63,989 nucleotides of DNA, filler included, from Candidatus Rokuibacteriota bacterium (GCA_031406795.1; 6 parts of 6 records of this genome joined end to end with filler, not necessarily neighbours in it), one strand, 5' to 3'; counted from the first letter of the whole stretch, positions 47,592 to 58,307 are shown. Notes: a model not told the origin generated them from the letters alone. Made by a program: numbers and translations.

Positions 47592-48953
47592 TCAGTCCGC
47601 CGCGGGCGACTGCGCCAGCGCATCCGACGGGCTCCGAACCACCGACCCCGGCCGGTTCAGCACGTGCGTGTAGATCATCGTCGTCGAGACGTCCGCGTGG
47701 CCAAGCAATTCCTGCACCGTGCGGATGTCGTGCCCGGATTCGAGCAGGTGCGTCGCGAAGCAGTGGCGCAGCGTGTGGCATCCGACAGTCCGCGGTATTC
47801 CGGCACGGCGCCCGGCACCCCGCACGGACTTCTGGAGCACCGTCTCGCACAGGTGCGGCCGTAGGACCCGGCCGTCACCGTCGCCGACCGCGAGCTTTGG
47901 TGCGGGGAAGACGAACTGCCAGGGCCATTCCCGCGCAGCGTTCGGCGACCGTGCCGCGACGCCCTCGGGAAGCGGGGCAGCGCCGAAACCGCGGGCCGCA
48001 TCCCGCTCGTGCATCGCCCGGACCCGCTCCAGGTGCGCCAACAGGGCAGTCCGCACCCGCTGCGGGAGCACGGTGACGCGATCTTTGCGCCCCTTCCCCT
48101 CGTGGACCGTAATCCGGTTGCTCTCGAAATCCAGGTCGCGGACGCGCAGGCTCGCGCACTCCGCCAGCCGCAGGCCGGCGCCGTAGAGGAGTTCGGCCAT
48201 GAGCGCGCAGATGCCCGTCATGGCGTCCAGAAGGCGGCGCACCTCGCCGGAACTCAAGACCACCGGGAGACGCTGCGGCCGCTTCGCCCGCGGGAATACG
48301 CCGATCTCGCCGACGGGGGTGCCGACCGCCCGCTCCAGAAAGAAGACCAGGGCGTTCAGTGCCTGGTTCTGCGTGCTCGCCGCGACAGCGTGGACCGTGG
48401 CCAGCCGTTCCAGAAATTCGCGCACCAGCTCGGCTGACGGGATTTTCGGGTCACGGCCGCGCCGGAATTCCATAAAACGCAGCGCCCAGCCCGCGTAGGC
48501 CCTCTCGGTTTTTGGAGAATAGCGCCGGACGCGAATCTCGGCGCGCAACCGCAGGAGCAACGGTTCCTCCTCCGGTGTCGCAACGAGCGGCGGCGATTTC
48601 TTCGCGGCTGCGTTGCACACCGGGCTCGCCTGCCAAGCCCATGGCCGAGCCCAGGGCGCAGCGAACACCTGCTGATAGAGGATGCGGAGTGCCTCCGAAG
48701 CCGTGTCGATCTTCCAGGGTGCGAGAGAGGGATTTCCCTGCAGTGCCGAGAGAAAATGCTCCACATCGGCCGGATTCCTGTCGCCCAGGGGAACAGCCGG
48801 GGAGGTATCCCTGAAACGTTTAACCCAGATCACGTACCAATAGGCCTGCGGATCGACAATGCCGTTTTGCCGCAAAGCCTTGTTGAAGTCACTCCAGCCC
48901 ATTGAATTTACAGGAATATCACGCTTGACTCCTTGGTCGCCGCCCTCTACCAT
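47592..48953 (-). CDS. intI: Integron integrase with N-terminal extension
   Basis: ASTQNQALNALVF, LYGAGLR, GKGRKDR, IntI patch AREWPWQFVFPA, HTLRHCFATHLL, LLGH..VSTTMIYTHV. The start is uncertain. Confidence 0.93.
   Translation of the reverse strand: MVEGGDQGVKRDIPVNSMGWSDFNKALRQNGIVDPQAYWYVIWVKRFRDTSPAVPLGDRNPADVEHFLSALQGNPSLAPWKIDTASEALRILYQQVFAAPWARPWAWQASPVCNAAAKKSPPLVATPEEEPLLLRLRAEIRVRRYSPKTERAYAGWALRFMEFRRGRDPKIPSAELVREFLERLATVHAVAASTQNQALNALVFFLERAVGTPVGEIGVFPRAKRPQRLPVVLSSGEVRRLLDAMTGICALMAELLYGAGLRLAECASLRVRDLDFESNRITVHEGKGRKDRVTVLPQRVRTALLAHLERVRAMHERDAARGFGAAPLPEGVAARSPNAAREWPWQFVFPAPKLAVGDGDGRVLRPHLCETVLQKSVRGAGRRAGIPRTVGCHTLRHCFATHLLESGHDIRTVQELLGHADVSTTMIYTHVLNRPGSVVRSPSDALAQSPAAD
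48925..48953 (+). promoter_or_regulatory. Putative integron cassette promoter Pc
   Basis: TTGACT-N17-TACCAT overlapping the intI 5' end and pointing at the cassette. Confidence 0.6.
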
Positions 48954-49169
48954 GCCGGTGTTCCTCCCTGGCGTTGTTGATTGCCGGTAATGGGAGTGCA
49001 AAGACCATGCTATACGCCGCCCAAGACGAGTGGACCAGACCGCTGCCTTGTCCCCAGGACTATCCCCCAACCCTCCCATGCAGAAATAGGCAGCTGATAT
49101 GGAGACCATACTATTCCGCTGTAGCCGAGAACCGACTACCGGGCGACCATGGAGATTGGGCGTCGCGCC

Positions 49170-49193
49170 CAGCCTGTTAAGAGTCTGTTAGCG
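49170..49193 (+). mobile_element. Putative attI recombination site
   Basis: CTGTTAAGAGTCT-GTTAGCG. The GTT core at 49187 is followed at once by AT-rich cassette DNA with SD and ATG. Confidence 0.6.
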
Positions 49194-49216
49194 ACAAAAA
49201 GGATTACGAAAAGGAC

Positions 49217-49477
49217 ATGAAAGACCTACCCGAAAGCGATTGGAAGCTCCTCATGCTCATGAAGGACACACTACTTCGAAGAGCATCAAGAACTGCATTG
49301 GAACAAGTCAAACAGATCGTCATCGGTCCAGATGATGACCCGCACAAGGTATACCTCTAGCTTTGGGACACGCTGAAAACTGAAGATGGCAAAATTGGAC
49401 GAATGTTCGACAACATGAAGAGATCCACAGCAATACTCAAACTCGCAGAAATGATTCGGAACGAACTTATTAGGGAA
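49217..49477 (+). pseudogene. First integron cassette ORF with in-frame TAG (truncated by contig end)
   Basis: MKDLPESDWKLL...HKVYL*LWDTLKTEDGKIGRMFDNMKRSTAILKL. TAG at 49358-49360, and the frame stays open afterwards. Confidence 0.65.
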
Positions 49478-49577
49478 NNNNNNNNNNNNNNNNNNNNNNN
49501 NNNNNNNNNNNNNNNNNNNNNTTAATTAATTAANNNNNNNNNNNNNNNNNNNNNNNNNNNNNNNNNNNNNNNNNNNN
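49478..49577. other. Artificial contig linker
   Basis: N-run + TTAATTAATTAA + N-run. Confidence 0.98.
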
Positions 49578-50873
49578 CGCCCCGCGGCGGCACCGGCACC
49601 GGCGCCCCGCGCCGCCGGCGTGCCGGCTCAACCGGCGGCGGGGGCACCGGCAGCGGCTGCTGCCGCGGCCGGCAGTCGTGGGCAGCTCAACGAGCTGCTG
49701 CGCATCGCCACGGAGCGAAAGTCATCCGACCTGCACCTCAAAGTCGGCGCCTACCCCGTGTTGCGTCTCGACGGCCGGCTCACGCCGCTGCAGGAGCGCG
49801 AACGCCTGAGCCGCGAGTGGATGACCGACACCCTCTTCGGCATCATGACGCCGGCCCAGAAGGAACTCTTCAAGAAAAATACCGACCTGGACATGGCCTA
49901 CAGCGTCCCCGGCCTCGGGCGTTTCCGGGTGAACATCTACCAGCAGCGCGGGACGATGGGCGCGGTCTTGCGCGTCATCCCCATGAAGATCCTCACGATC
50001 CGGGAACTGGGGCTGCCGCCGATTCTCGAGCACCTCGCGCTCGAGGCGCGCGGCCTGATCCTGGTGACCGGGACCACGGGCAGCGGCAAGTCGACTTCGC
50101 TCGCGGCGATGATCGACCACATCAACTCCAGCCGCAACTGCCACATCATGACCATCGAGGACCCGATCGAGTATCTGCACCGCGACAAGCTCAGCCTGGT
50201 GAACCAGCGTGAGGTCGGCTTCGACGCGGCGAGTTTCGCCAGCGCCCTGCGCGCTTCGCTGCGCCAGGACCCCGACGTGATCCTCGTCGGCGAGATGCGC
50301 GATTTCGAGACCATTTCCACGGCGCTGGTCGCCGCCGAGACCGGGCACCTCGTGCTCTCGACGCTGCACACCGCGGACGCCGCCGAGACCATCAACCGCG
50401 TGATCTCGGTCTTCCCGCCGCACCAGCAGCAGCAGATCCGGCTCCAGCTGGCGACCGTGCTGCAGGGAATCGTCTCGATGCGCCTCGTGCCCCGCGCCGA
50501 CGGGACCGGCCGCATCCCGGCAGTGGAGGTGCTCATTGCCACCACGCAGGTGCGCGAGTGCATCATCGCCCCCGAGCGAACGAAGGAGATCACCGACATC
50601 ATCGCAGCCGGCACCTCCCAGTACGGCATGCAGACCTTCGATCAGGCGCTGATGGATCTTTACCACCGCGAACTCATCACCTACGAGGAAGCACTCCACC
50701 AGGCGACGAATCCCGACGACTTCGCCCTCAAGGTCCGCGGAATCCAGTCCACCGAGGACATGACGCGCGAGTCGTTCGGCAAGAAGGACCAGGCGGCCCC
50801 GGCCGGCCTCGGCGCCGACACCTCCGCCGCACCGCCCGGAGGCTTCGCGATCGACCGGTTCGACCGCAAGTAG
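49578..50873 (+). CDS. pilT: PilT/PilU-family type IV pilus retraction ATPase (probably 5'-truncated)
   Basis: SSDLHLK, GRFRVN, GTTGSGKSTS, TIEDPIE, LRQDPDVILVGEMRD, GMQTFDQ. The canonical AIRNLIRE motif is absent. Confidence 0.88.
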   Translation, partial: RPAAAPAPAPRAAGVPAQPAAGAPAAAAAAAGSRGQLNELLRIATERKSSDLHLKVGAYPVLRLDGRLTPLQERERLSREWMTDTLFGIMTPAQKELFKKNTDLDMAYSVPGLGRFRVNIYQQRGTMGAVLRVIPMKILTIRELGLPPILEHLALEARGLILVTGTTGSGKSTSLAAMIDHINSSRNCHIMTIEDPIEYLHRDKLSLVNQREVGFDAASFASALRASLRQDPDVILVGEMRDFETISTALVAAETGHLVLSTLHTADAAETINRVISVFPPHQQQQIRLQLATVLQGIVSMRLVPRADGTGRIPAVEVLIATTQVRECIIAPERTKEITDIIAAGTSQYGMQTFDQALMDLYHRELITYEEALHQATNPDDFALKVRGIQSTEDMTRESFGKKDQAAPAGLGADTSAAPPGGFAIDRFDRK

Positions 50874-51349
50874 TGACCGGGAAGCCCCCCGGGCGCACCG
50901 CATTCGCCGCGGCGCTGGCGCTGCTCACGGGCCGGGCGCTGACCGTCGGCGAACTCGCCGAGCGGTTGCAGCGCCGGGGGTATGATCCGGGCGCAATCGC
51001 CGAGACGAGCACCCGCCTTCTGGAATACGGCTACCTCGACGATCGTCGCACCGCACGTGCCTGGGCGGAGTCCGCCGCGCGGCTGCGCGGCCTCGGCCCC
51101 CGGCGGCTGCGCGAAGCCCTCCTCAGGCGCCGCTTGCCGCGGGACCTCGTCGAGGAGACCATGGCGGGGCTCTTCGTACAAGGGGACGAGGCTGGGCTTG
51201 CGCTGGCGGTGCTCCTCAAGTGGGAGAAGGCGAAGGGGCCGGCGACCGAAACGGCCGGCCGGCACGCCGCGTACGCGCACCTGCGCCGGCGGGGATTTTC
51301 AAGTGCCGCGGCGCGGGCTGCGCTTTTCAACCGCCCGGAAATCGAATAA
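50873..51349 (+). CDS. recX: Regulatory protein RecX
   Basis: ALALLTGR..TVGELAERL, YGYLDD, GPRRLREAL, LRRRGF. Confidence 0.85.
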   Translation: MTGKPPGRTAFAAALALLTGRALTVGELAERLQRRGYDPGAIAETSTRLLEYGYLDDRRTARAWAESAARLRGLGPRRLREALLRRRLPRDLVEETMAGLFVQGDEAGLALAVLLKWEKAKGPATETAGRHAAYAHLRRRGFSSAAARAALFNRPEIE

Positions 51350-51449
51350 CATACCTCTGGAATGTTTTGGCGGTGGCCTTTGGCTTTCAGCGGCCTGGAT
51401 TTCGCGGAACGGGCAGGCCGCTGAACGGGTAGCGGGAGAACGGGGACTG

Positions 51450-51576
51450 GCAGGTCGCTCAAACAGGTCCGTATGCAAGGCTTGCGAGGCCCTGAGGAAT
51501 GAGGCGTACGAGCAGTACGCCGCAGTGACGAAGGACTCGCCATAACGCCGCAGACGGGCCTGTTTCAGCGGACTGC
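51450..51576. repeat. ERIC-like long palindromic repeat
   Basis: Terminal arms GCAGGTCGCTCAAACAGGTCCGT / ACGGGCCTGTTTCAGCGGACTGC. Core GCAAGGC..GAGGCGTAC..GTACGCCGCA..AACGCCGC. Confidence 0.75.
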
Positions 51577-51587
51577 GGGAGGGGAAG

Positions 51588-52334
51588 ATGTCGGGGCATA
51601 GTAAGTGGGCGACCATCAAGCACAAAAAAGGGGCCACCGACGCCAAACGCGGCGCGGCTTTCACGAAGATCATCAAGGAGATGACCGTCGCGGCGCGCAT
51701 CGGCGGCGGCGACCCGGGCATGAACCCGCGCCTGCGCACGGTCGTCGAGAAGGCCAAGGCCGTGAACATGCCCGCCGACAACATCAAGCGGGCGATCCAG
51801 AAGGGAACCGGCGAGCTCCCCGGCCAGATCATCGAGGAGGTCACCTTTGAGGGGTACGGGCCCGGTGGGGTCGCGGTGATCGTCGAGACCGCGACCGACA
51901 ACCGCAACCGCACGGTCGGTGATGTCCGCCACACCTTCGACAAGTACGGCGGCAACCTCGGGCAGAACGGCTGCGTGGCGTGGATGTTCGACAAGAAGGG
52001 CGTGATCGAGGTCGATGCCGGCAAGGCGAACGAGGACGAGTTGATGGAGCTGGTGCTCGAAGCCGGCGCCGACGACATGACCGTCGCCGAGGGCACCTAT
52101 GAGATCACGACCTCGGTGGCGAGCTTCGAGGCCGTGCGGCAGGCGCTGGAGGCCAGGAGCATCCCGCTGTCGCTCGCCGAGCTGAGCATGATCCCCCAGA
52201 CCACCGTGCACCTGGACGGCAAGCCCGCGATCCAGATGCTCAAGCTCATGGACGCGCTCGAGGACCACGAGGATGTGCAGAAGGTTTCCGCGAACTTCGA
52301 CATCGACGCTTCGGTGATGGAACAGGCAACCTGA
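51588..52334 (+). CDS. yebC: YebC/PmpR-family protein
   Basis: [35 protein letters not shown]. Confidence 0.96.
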   Translation: MSGHSKWATIKHKKGATDAKRGAAFTKIIKEMTVAARIGGGDPGMNPRLRTVVEKAKAVNMPADNIKRAIQKGTGELPGQIIEEVTFEGYGPGGVAVIVETATDNRNRTVGDVRHTFDKYGGNLGQNGCVAWMFDKKGVIEVDAGKANEDELMELVLEAGADDMTVAEGTYEITTSVASFEAVRQALEARSIPLSLAELSMIPQTTVHLDGKPAIQMLKLMDALEDHEDVQKVSANFDIDASVMEQAT

Positions 52335-52363
52335 TTCATTTCAGCAGCCAGCGGGGGAAGAGC

Positions 52364-53437
52364 ATGGAAATCAGGATCGAGCCGCTCGCCGACGAGCGCC
52401 GCAAGCCGCCTCCCGGGGCGTCAGCCGAACTCGGCTTCGGGCAGATCTTCACGAACCGGATGCTCAAGGCGGATTGGAATGGCAGGCTCGGCTGGCACAA
52501 CGCCCGGATCGAGCCCTACGGACCCCTGGTCCTCGACCCCGCGGCGAAGGTCTTTCACTACGCCCAGGAGGTGTTCGAGGGGCTCAAGGCCTACCGCTGG
52601 CAGGACGGGCGCGTGGCCCTGTTCCGACCGCAGATGAACGCCGCGCGCTTTAATCGCTCCGCTACCCGGCTCGCGCTGCCCGAGGTGCCGGAAAGCCTGT
52701 TCCTCGAAGGCATCGACGCCCTGGTCCGGCTCGAGGAGGACTGGCTGCCCTCCGCCGAAGGAACCGCGTTGTACATCCGCCCGACGCTGATCGCGGTGGA
52801 GCCGACGCTCGGGGTGCGACCGTCGGAGCAGTGCCTTTTCTTCGTCATTCTCTCCCCCGTCGGGGCGTACTACGCGGCCGGTTTCAACCCGGTGCGCATC
52901 CTCGTTGAGGACTACTTCGTGCGCGCCGTCCCCGGGGGGACCGGCACCGCCAAGACGGGCGGCAACTACGCCTCTTCGCTGCGCGCCGGCCTCAAGGCCA
53001 AGGAGCGCGGCTTCGAGCAGGTCCTCTGGCTCGACGGCATCCAGCGTCGGTACGTGGAGGAGGTCGGGGCGATGAACATCTTCTTCGTCGTCGAGGGCAC
53101 CCTGGTCACGCCGCCGCTCTCCGACTCCTTCCTTGCGGGCGTGACGCGCGACTCGGTGCTCGCGATGGCCGGGACGCTCGGCGTACCGGTCGACGTGCGG
53201 CCGGTGGACATCGACGACCTGCTGGCCGGCGTGCGCAGCGGGCGGGTCAGCGAGGCGTTCGGCACCGGCACCGCGGCCGTGGTCTCGCCGGTCGGGGTCC
53301 TGGGTTACAAGGACGAGGTGCTCACCGTCGGCACCGGCGGCGTCGGGCCGCTGACCCGGCGGTTCTACGACTCGCTGACCGGCATCCAGTACGGCCGGCT
53401 CCCCGACCCGTTCGGGTGGCTGCACCAGGTGCCCTGA
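52364..53437 (+). CDS. ilvE: Branched-chain amino acid aminotransferase
   Basis: HYAQEVFEGLKAY, LYIRP, KTGGNYA, EEVGAMN, LAGVTRDS, GTAAVVSP. Confidence 0.95.
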   Translation: MEIRIEPLADERRKPPPGASAELGFGQIFTNRMLKADWNGRLGWHNARIEPYGPLVLDPAAKVFHYAQEVFEGLKAYRWQDGRVALFRPQMNAARFNRSATRLALPEVPESLFLEGIDALVRLEEDWLPSAEGTALYIRPTLIAVEPTLGVRPSEQCLFFVILSPVGAYYAAGFNPVRILVEDYFVRAVPGGTGTAKTGGNYASSLRAGLKAKERGFEQVLWLDGIQRRYVEEVGAMNIFFVVEGTLVTPPLSDSFLAGVTRDSVLAMAGTLGVPVDVRPVDIDDLLAGVRSGRVSEAFGTGTAAVVSPVGVLGYKDEVLTVGTGGVGPLTRRFYDSLTGIQYGRLPDPFGWLHQVP

Positions 53438-54009
53438 TGCCGGTCCCGGCCGGCGGCCGCGGGCTGCGCATTCTGGGCATCGATCCGGGTCTTGCGGCGA
53501 CCGGCTGGGCCGTCGTCGTCCCCGGGCCGCAGAAACCCGACGTGATCGCCTGCGGCACGATCCGCACCACGCCGGCGGACGACGCGTCCTCGCGGCTGGT
53601 GAAGATCGCCCGCGGGCTGCGCGAAGCCATCGCCGCCCACGCGCCGCAGGTCGCCGCGGTGGAGCAGGCGCTGGTCGCCAGGAGCGCTCAGAGCGCGCTC
53701 GCGCTCGGCCAGGCCCGGGGCGTGGCGCTCTTCGTCTCGGCCGAGGCGGGCCTCCCGGTTCACGAATACCTGCCGATGCACGTCAAGCAGGCGGTCACCG
53801 GCTACGGCCACGCCGAGAAGGCGCAGGTGGAGCGCATGGTCGCGCAGCTCGTCACGCTCTCCGGCGCGCCCGGCTCCTCGCACGCCGCGGATGCGATCGC
53901 GATCGCCCTCTGTCATCTCGGGCACGGCGTGGTCCCGCGCGTCGCCAATCGCGCGCGCCGTTCCACGCGCGCCGCCTGGACGGCGTTCGTCGCGGAGGCG
54001 GGCCGGTGA
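53437..54009 (+). CDS. ruvC: Holliday junction resolvase
   Basis: ILGIDPG, LGQARGV, VKQAVTGYG.A.K.QV, ADAIAIALCH. Confidence 0.95.
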   Translation: MPVPAGGRGLRILGIDPGLAATGWAVVVPGPQKPDVIACGTIRTTPADDASSRLVKIARGLREAIAAHAPQVAAVEQALVARSAQSALALGQARGVALFVSAEAGLPVHEYLPMHVKQAVTGYGHAEKAQVERMVAQLVTLSGAPGSSHAADAIAIALCHLGHGVVPRVANRARRSTRAAWTAFVAEAGR

Positions 54010-54605
54010 TCGGCCGCCTCTCGGGGCGGATCGGCCGCAAGGCCCCGCAGGCGGTGTTGCTCGACGTCCGCGGCGTCGGCTACCAGGTGGCGATTCCGCT
54101 CTCGACCTTCTACACCCTCGCCGGCGAGGGGGAGGAGGCGGTGCTCGAGATCTCGACGCAGGTCCGCGAAGACGCGATTACGCTCTTCGGGTTCGCGACG
54201 GCGCGGGAGAAGGTGCTCTTCGAACAGTTGATCAGCGTGAGCAAGGTCGGCCCGAAACTGGCGATGGCGGTGCTCTCGGGAATCGCGGCCGAAGAGCTGT
54301 GCGCCGCGATCTCCTCCGGAAACGTGGCGCGGCTGGCCACCGTCCCGGGGATCGGCACGAAGACCGCGGAGCGTCTCGTGCTCGAACTGCGCGGGAAGGT
54401 CGAGTCGCTCGCGGCGGCCGAAGTTCCCGCGGCGACGGGTGTCGGGGGGGCGGGCACGCTGGCGGCGGACGACGCGGTTGCCGCGCTGGTGAATCTCGGC
54501 TACCGGCCCAAGGACGCGGAACGGGCGGTCGGCCGCGCGGCCCGCGAGGGCGAGGGTTCGCTCGAGGCGATCATCCGCCGCGCACTGACGATCCTCTCCG
54601 GATAG
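54006..54605 (+). CDS. ruvA: Holliday junction branch migration protein A
   Basis: DVRGVGY, VREDAITLFGF, VGPKLA, PGIGTKTAERL, ALVNLGY. Confidence 0.95.
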   Translation: MIGRLSGRIGRKAPQAVLLDVRGVGYQVAIPLSTFYTLAGEGEEAVLEISTQVREDAITLFGFATAREKVLFEQLISVSKVGPKLAMAVLSGIAAEELCAAISSGNVARLATVPGIGTKTAERLVLELRGKVESLAAAEVPAATGVGGAGTLAADDAVAALVNLGYRPKDAERAVGRAAREGEGSLEAIIRRALTILSG

Positions 54606-54623
54606 CGATTCCCGTGAACGGTG

Positions 54624-54648
54624 GGGGACAGATTTCAAATCTGTCCCC
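54624..54648. repeat. 25-bp REP-like perfect palindrome
   Basis: GGGGACAGATTT-C-AAATCTGTCCCC between ruvA and ruvB. Confidence 0.7.
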
Positions 54649-54674
54649 GGAAGATTTACGTTAGAATGGTCGCC

Positions 54675-55724
54675 ATGCCCGCCCGCAACGACATCGTCGA
54701 TCCGCAGCGCGAGCCGGAGGATGCCCAGATCGAGACGGCGCTTCGGCCCTCGACCTTCGAGGACTACGTCGGCCAGGAGCAGCTCAAGGAGAATCTCCAG
54801 GTCTTCATCCGCGCGGCGGGCGAGCGGGGCGAGGCGCTCGACCACGTGCTGCTCTCCGGCCCCCCGGGGCTGGGCAAGACGACGCTGGCCCACCTGATCG
54901 CCCGCGAGATGGGCGTCGGCCTGCGCACCACGAGCGGGCCGGTCATCGAGCGCGCCGGCGATCTGGCCGCCATCCTGACCAACCTCGCGCCGCGCGACGT
55001 GCTGTTCATCGACGAAATCCACCGTCTCGCGCCCGTCGTCGAGGAGATCCTCTACCCGGCGATGGAAGACTGCAAGATCGACCTGGTCATCGGCCAGGGT
55101 CCGGCCGCGCGCAGCGTGCGCCTCGACCTGCAGCCGTTCACCCTGGTCGGCGCCACGACCCGCGCCGGCCTGCTCACTTCGCCGCTGCGCGACCGCTTCG
55201 GCATTGTCAGCCGCCTGAATTTCTACACCATCGACGAACTCTGCCGGATCCTGCGCCGCTCCGCGCGCCTGCTCGAGGTGCCCTGCCGCGACGAGGGCCT
55301 CGCCGAGATCGCGCGGCGCTCACGGGGGACGCCGCGCATCGCCAACCGCCTGTTGCGCCGCGTGCGCGACTTTGCGCAGATCGAGGGCGGCGAGGTCACG
55401 CGCGAGGCAGCCGACCGCGCGCTGCGGCGGCTGGAAGTGGACGAGGCCGGCTTCGACACGATGGACCGCCGCCTGCTGCTGCTGCTCATCGAAAAGTACG
55501 GCGGCGGGCCGGTGGGGGTCGAGACGCTCGCGGCGGCGCTCTCCGAGGAGAAGGACACGATCGAGGATGTCTACGAGCCCTACCTGCTGCAGCAGGGCTT
55601 TCTGCAGCGCACCCCGCGGGGGCGCATGGCGACCGCGCAGGCCTACCGGCATTTCGGCATCCCCGAACCGGGCGGGAACCTCCAGGGGCGGCTTTTCGGC
55701 GACGGCTCTGGGCCGGGGCGGTGA
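54675..55724 (+). CDS. ruvB: Holliday junction branch migration helicase B
   Basis: [49 protein letters not shown]. Confidence 0.97.
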   Translation: MPARNDIVDPQREPEDAQIETALRPSTFEDYVGQEQLKENLQVFIRAAGERGEALDHVLLSGPPGLGKTTLAHLIAREMGVGLRTTSGPVIERAGDLAAILTNLAPRDVLFIDEIHRLAPVVEEILYPAMEDCKIDLVIGQGPAARSVRLDLQPFTLVGATTRAGLLTSPLRDRFGIVSRLNFYTIDELCRILRRSARLLEVPCRDEGLAEIARRSRGTPRIANRLLRRVRDFAQIEGGEVTREAADRALRRLEVDEAGFDTMDRRLLLLLIEKYGGGPVGVETLAAALSEEKDTIEDVYEPYLLQQGFLQRTPRGRMATAQAYRHFGIPEPGGNLQGRLFGDGSGPGR

Positions 55725-56329
55725 GCGTCGGGAGCCTGCTCCTGCATCTCTGTTGCGCGCCGTGCGCGGCGTACCCCGTGCCCGCGATGCGCGCGCTGGT
55801 GCCGCGCGTTGCGGGCTACTTCTTCAACCCGAACATCCAGCCCGCAGATGAACACGGGCGCAGACTCGACGCCCTGGAGAGGTACGCGCCCACCCTCCGG
55901 CTCGATCTGGTGATCGCCGCCGCCCCGGAGGCCGACGAGCGGCCAGCCGCATGCGCCCCGGGGGAGGAGCGCTGCCGGCGCTGCTACGAACAGCGCCTGC
56001 GCGCCACCGCCCGGGAGGCGAAACGGGGCGGTTTCGACGCCTTTTCGACGACGCTGCTCTACTCGATCCACCAGAAGCACGATCTCGTCCGCGCCGTCGC
56101 GGCTGAGGTGGCGCGCGCCGAAGGGGTCGCGTTCCTCTATCGGGATCTGCGCGAAGGCTGGGTCGAGGGGGGGCGCTCCTACCGTGAGAGCGGGCTCTAT
56201 CGCCAGCGCTACTGCGGCTGCCTGCTCTCGAAACAGGAGCGCGACGCCCCGAAGACCAAGACGCCCGAACGCGAAGTCCGTCCGGTAGCCCAGCGAAGCG
56301 AGGGCAATCCGCCCGACTTGCCGGCGTGA
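55721..56329 (+). CDS. queH: Epoxyqueuosine reductase QueH (DUF208)
   Basis: [32 protein letters not shown]. Confidence 0.9.
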   Translation: MSVGSLLLHLCCAPCAAYPVPAMRALVPRVAGYFFNPNIQPADEHGRRLDALERYAPTLRLDLVIAAAPEADERPAACAPGEERCRRCYEQRLRATAREAKRGGFDAFSTTLLYSIHQKHDLVRAVAAEVARAEGVAFLYRDLREGWVEGGRSYRESGLYRQRYCGCLLSKQERDAPKTKTPEREVRPVAQRSEGNPPDLPA

Positions 56330-56414
56330 ACGGACAACCGCTTCTGTTTCAGTAGTCGCCCAGCGAAGCGAGGGCAATCCGCCCTGATTGTCCCGGGAAT
56401 TCCGTGCATCAGCT

Positions 56415-56555
56415 GCCCGAGTCGATCGGGAGCGGATTTTTTCGTCCCGGCAAGGCAGCGCCGAGCGCGCGCGGAGGCGGGCTGGTGCCCGCCACACAAG
56501 CGGCGCGAGAAGCAACGCCGCCGGGGCGAAAAAAGCCCTCCCCAGCGACCCGGGC
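56415..56555. repeat. MITE-like ERIC-like palindromic element
   Basis: TIRs GCCCGAGTCG..GGAGCGGATTTTTTCG / CGAAAAAAGCCCTCCCCAGCGACCCGGGC. Same core as copies at 58897 and 62180. Confidence 0.78.
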
Positions 56556-58150
56556 TAACGGGATGGCGCGAAGCGGCGGATGATGGCTTCGGCGGCGCGC
56601 AGCCCGTCCACCGCCGCCGACACGATTCCACCTGCGTGCCCCGCTCCCTCGCCGGCCGCATACAGACCGGCGAGGGAGCTCTGGCACTCCTCGTCGCGCA
56701 GCACCCGCACCGGGGACGAACTTCGCGTCTCCACCCCGGTGAGCAGGGCGTCCGGGTGTGCGAACCCGCGGAGCTTGCGCTCGAGGGCGGGGAGCGCCGC
56801 GCGCAGGGCCTGCATCGCGAACTCCGGCAGACAGCCCGCCAGGTCGCCGGGCCGGCAGCCGGGACGGTAGGTCGGCAGCACGTCGCCGAATCGCTCGGAG
56901 GCGCGGCCGGCGAGGAAGTCCCCGAGCCGCTGCGCCGGCGCCGCGTGGCCGCCGCCGCCGAGCGCGAAGGCCGCGCGCTCCCAGCGCCGCTGGAAATCCA
57001 GTCCGGCGAGCGGCTCGACGCCGCCGAAATCCTCCGGCCGGACGCTGACGAGCAGCGCGCTGTTGGCGTTGCGGCCGTCGCGGGCGAAGCGGCTCATCCC
57101 GTTGGTCACGACGCCGTCCGCCTCGGAAGCCGCCGGGACCACCTCGCCCCCCGGGCACATGCAGAAAGAATAGACCGATCGGTTCGCGTCGCCGTGGTGC
57201 ACGAGCTTGTACTCGGCGGCGCCGAGCCGCGGGTGCCCGGCGGCCGCCCCGTACTGGGTGCGGTCGATGGCGGACTGGAGGTGTTCGATGCGCACGCCGA
57301 GCGAGAAGGGCTTGGGCGCCAGCGCCACGCCCCGGGCGTACAGCATGGCGAAGGTGTCCCGGGCGCTGTGGCCCGCCGCGAGGACCACCGCGCCGGCGGC
57401 AATCCCCGCGCCGGCGGCGACAACCACCCCGCGCACCCGGCCGGCCTCGATGACCAGGTCGTCGACCCGCTGACCGAAGAGCACCTCGCCGCCGGCCGCG
57501 AGGATGCGCGCGCGCAGCGCCGGCACGACCCGCCGCAGGTTGTCGGTGCCGATGTGCGGTTTGGCCGAGACGAGGATCTCCGGCGGCGCGCCACAGGCCG
57601 CCAGCTCGGCGAAGACCTTGTGGCGGCGCTCGTCCCCGATGAGCGTGTAGAGCTTGCCGTCCGAAAAGGTGCCGGCGCCGCCCTCGCCGAACACGACGTT
57701 GGATTCCGGGTCGAAAGCGCCGCGCTCGAGCAGGCCCGCGACGTCGAGCGCGCGACGTTCGACGGGTTGTCCGCGCTCGAGCAGCAGCGGGCGATACCCG
57801 GCCTCGGCGAGCAGCAGCGCGGCGAACAGGCCCGCGGGGCCGCTGCCGACGACGACGGGCCGCGCGGCAAGCCGCTCGCCCCCCGGCGGCGGGGGCAGGT
57901 AGCGGTATTCGGGCGCGGGCTCGAGCTTGCCGGTCGCCGCGCGCGCGAGCACGGCCTGCGGATCCGCGACCTCGGCGTCCAGAAGATAGACGAGCTGGAC
58001 GCGGGCCTTCTTGCGGGCGTCCACCGAGCGGCGCGCCACCCGCCAGGAGAGCAATTCGTCCGCGGGAATGCCGAGGCGTTCGAGGAGCGCCGCGGCGAGC
58101 TGTCCCTCGTCGTGGTCGGGCGCGAGGCGGATCTCGAAGACCCTGATCAC
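56555..58150 (-). CDS. FAD-dependent oxidoreductase
   Basis: [64 protein letters not shown]. Confidence 0.9.
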   Translation of the reverse strand: MIRVFEIRLAPDHDEGQLAAALLERLGIPADELLSWRVARRSVDARKKARVQLVYLLDAEVADPQAVLARAATGKLEPAPEYRYLPPPPGGERLAARPVVVGSGPAGLFAALLLAEAGYRPLLLERGQPVERRALDVAGLLERGAFDPESNVVFGEGGAGTFSDGKLYTLIGDERRHKVFAELAACGAPPEILVSAKPHIGTDNLRRVVPALRARILAAGGEVLFGQRVDDLVIEAGRVRGVVVAAGAGIAAGAVVLAAGHSARDTFAMLYARGVALAPKPFSLGVRIEHLQSAIDRTQYGAAAGHPRLGAAEYKLVHHGDANRSVYSFCMCPGGEVVPAASEADGVVTNGMSRFARDGRNANSALLVSVRPEDFGGVEPLAGLDFQRRWERAAFALGGGGHAAPAQRLGDFLAGRASERFGDVLPTYRPGCRPGDLAGCLPEFAMQALRAALPALERKLRGFAHPDALLTGVETRSSSPVRVLRDEECQSSLAGLYAAGEGAGHAGGIVSAAVDGLRAAEAIIRRFAPSR

Positions 58151-58305
58151 GACGCCCGCACCGCGGCCCCGCTCCCCGCCAGGTGCCCGGAGGACCAGGC
58201 CCACTGGAGATTGAAGCCGCCGCAGTCCCCGTCGATGTCGAGCACCTCGCCGGCGAAGAAGAGACCCGGGGCGATCCGCGACTCGAGCGTCGCGGGGGTC
58301 ACGGC
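58147..58305 (-). CDS. BaiN/HI0933-family flavoprotein, C-terminal fragment
   Basis: [35 protein letters not shown], translated by hand. Confidence 0.88.
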   Translation of the reverse strand, partial: AVTPATLESRIAPGLFFAGEVLDIDGDCGGFNLQWAWSSGHLAGSGAAVRAS

Positions 58306-58307
58306 CG

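Noticed and set aside
49478..50873. pilT apparently inside the integron array
   Set aside because: It is separated from the integron by a contig linker, so the adjacency is artificial.
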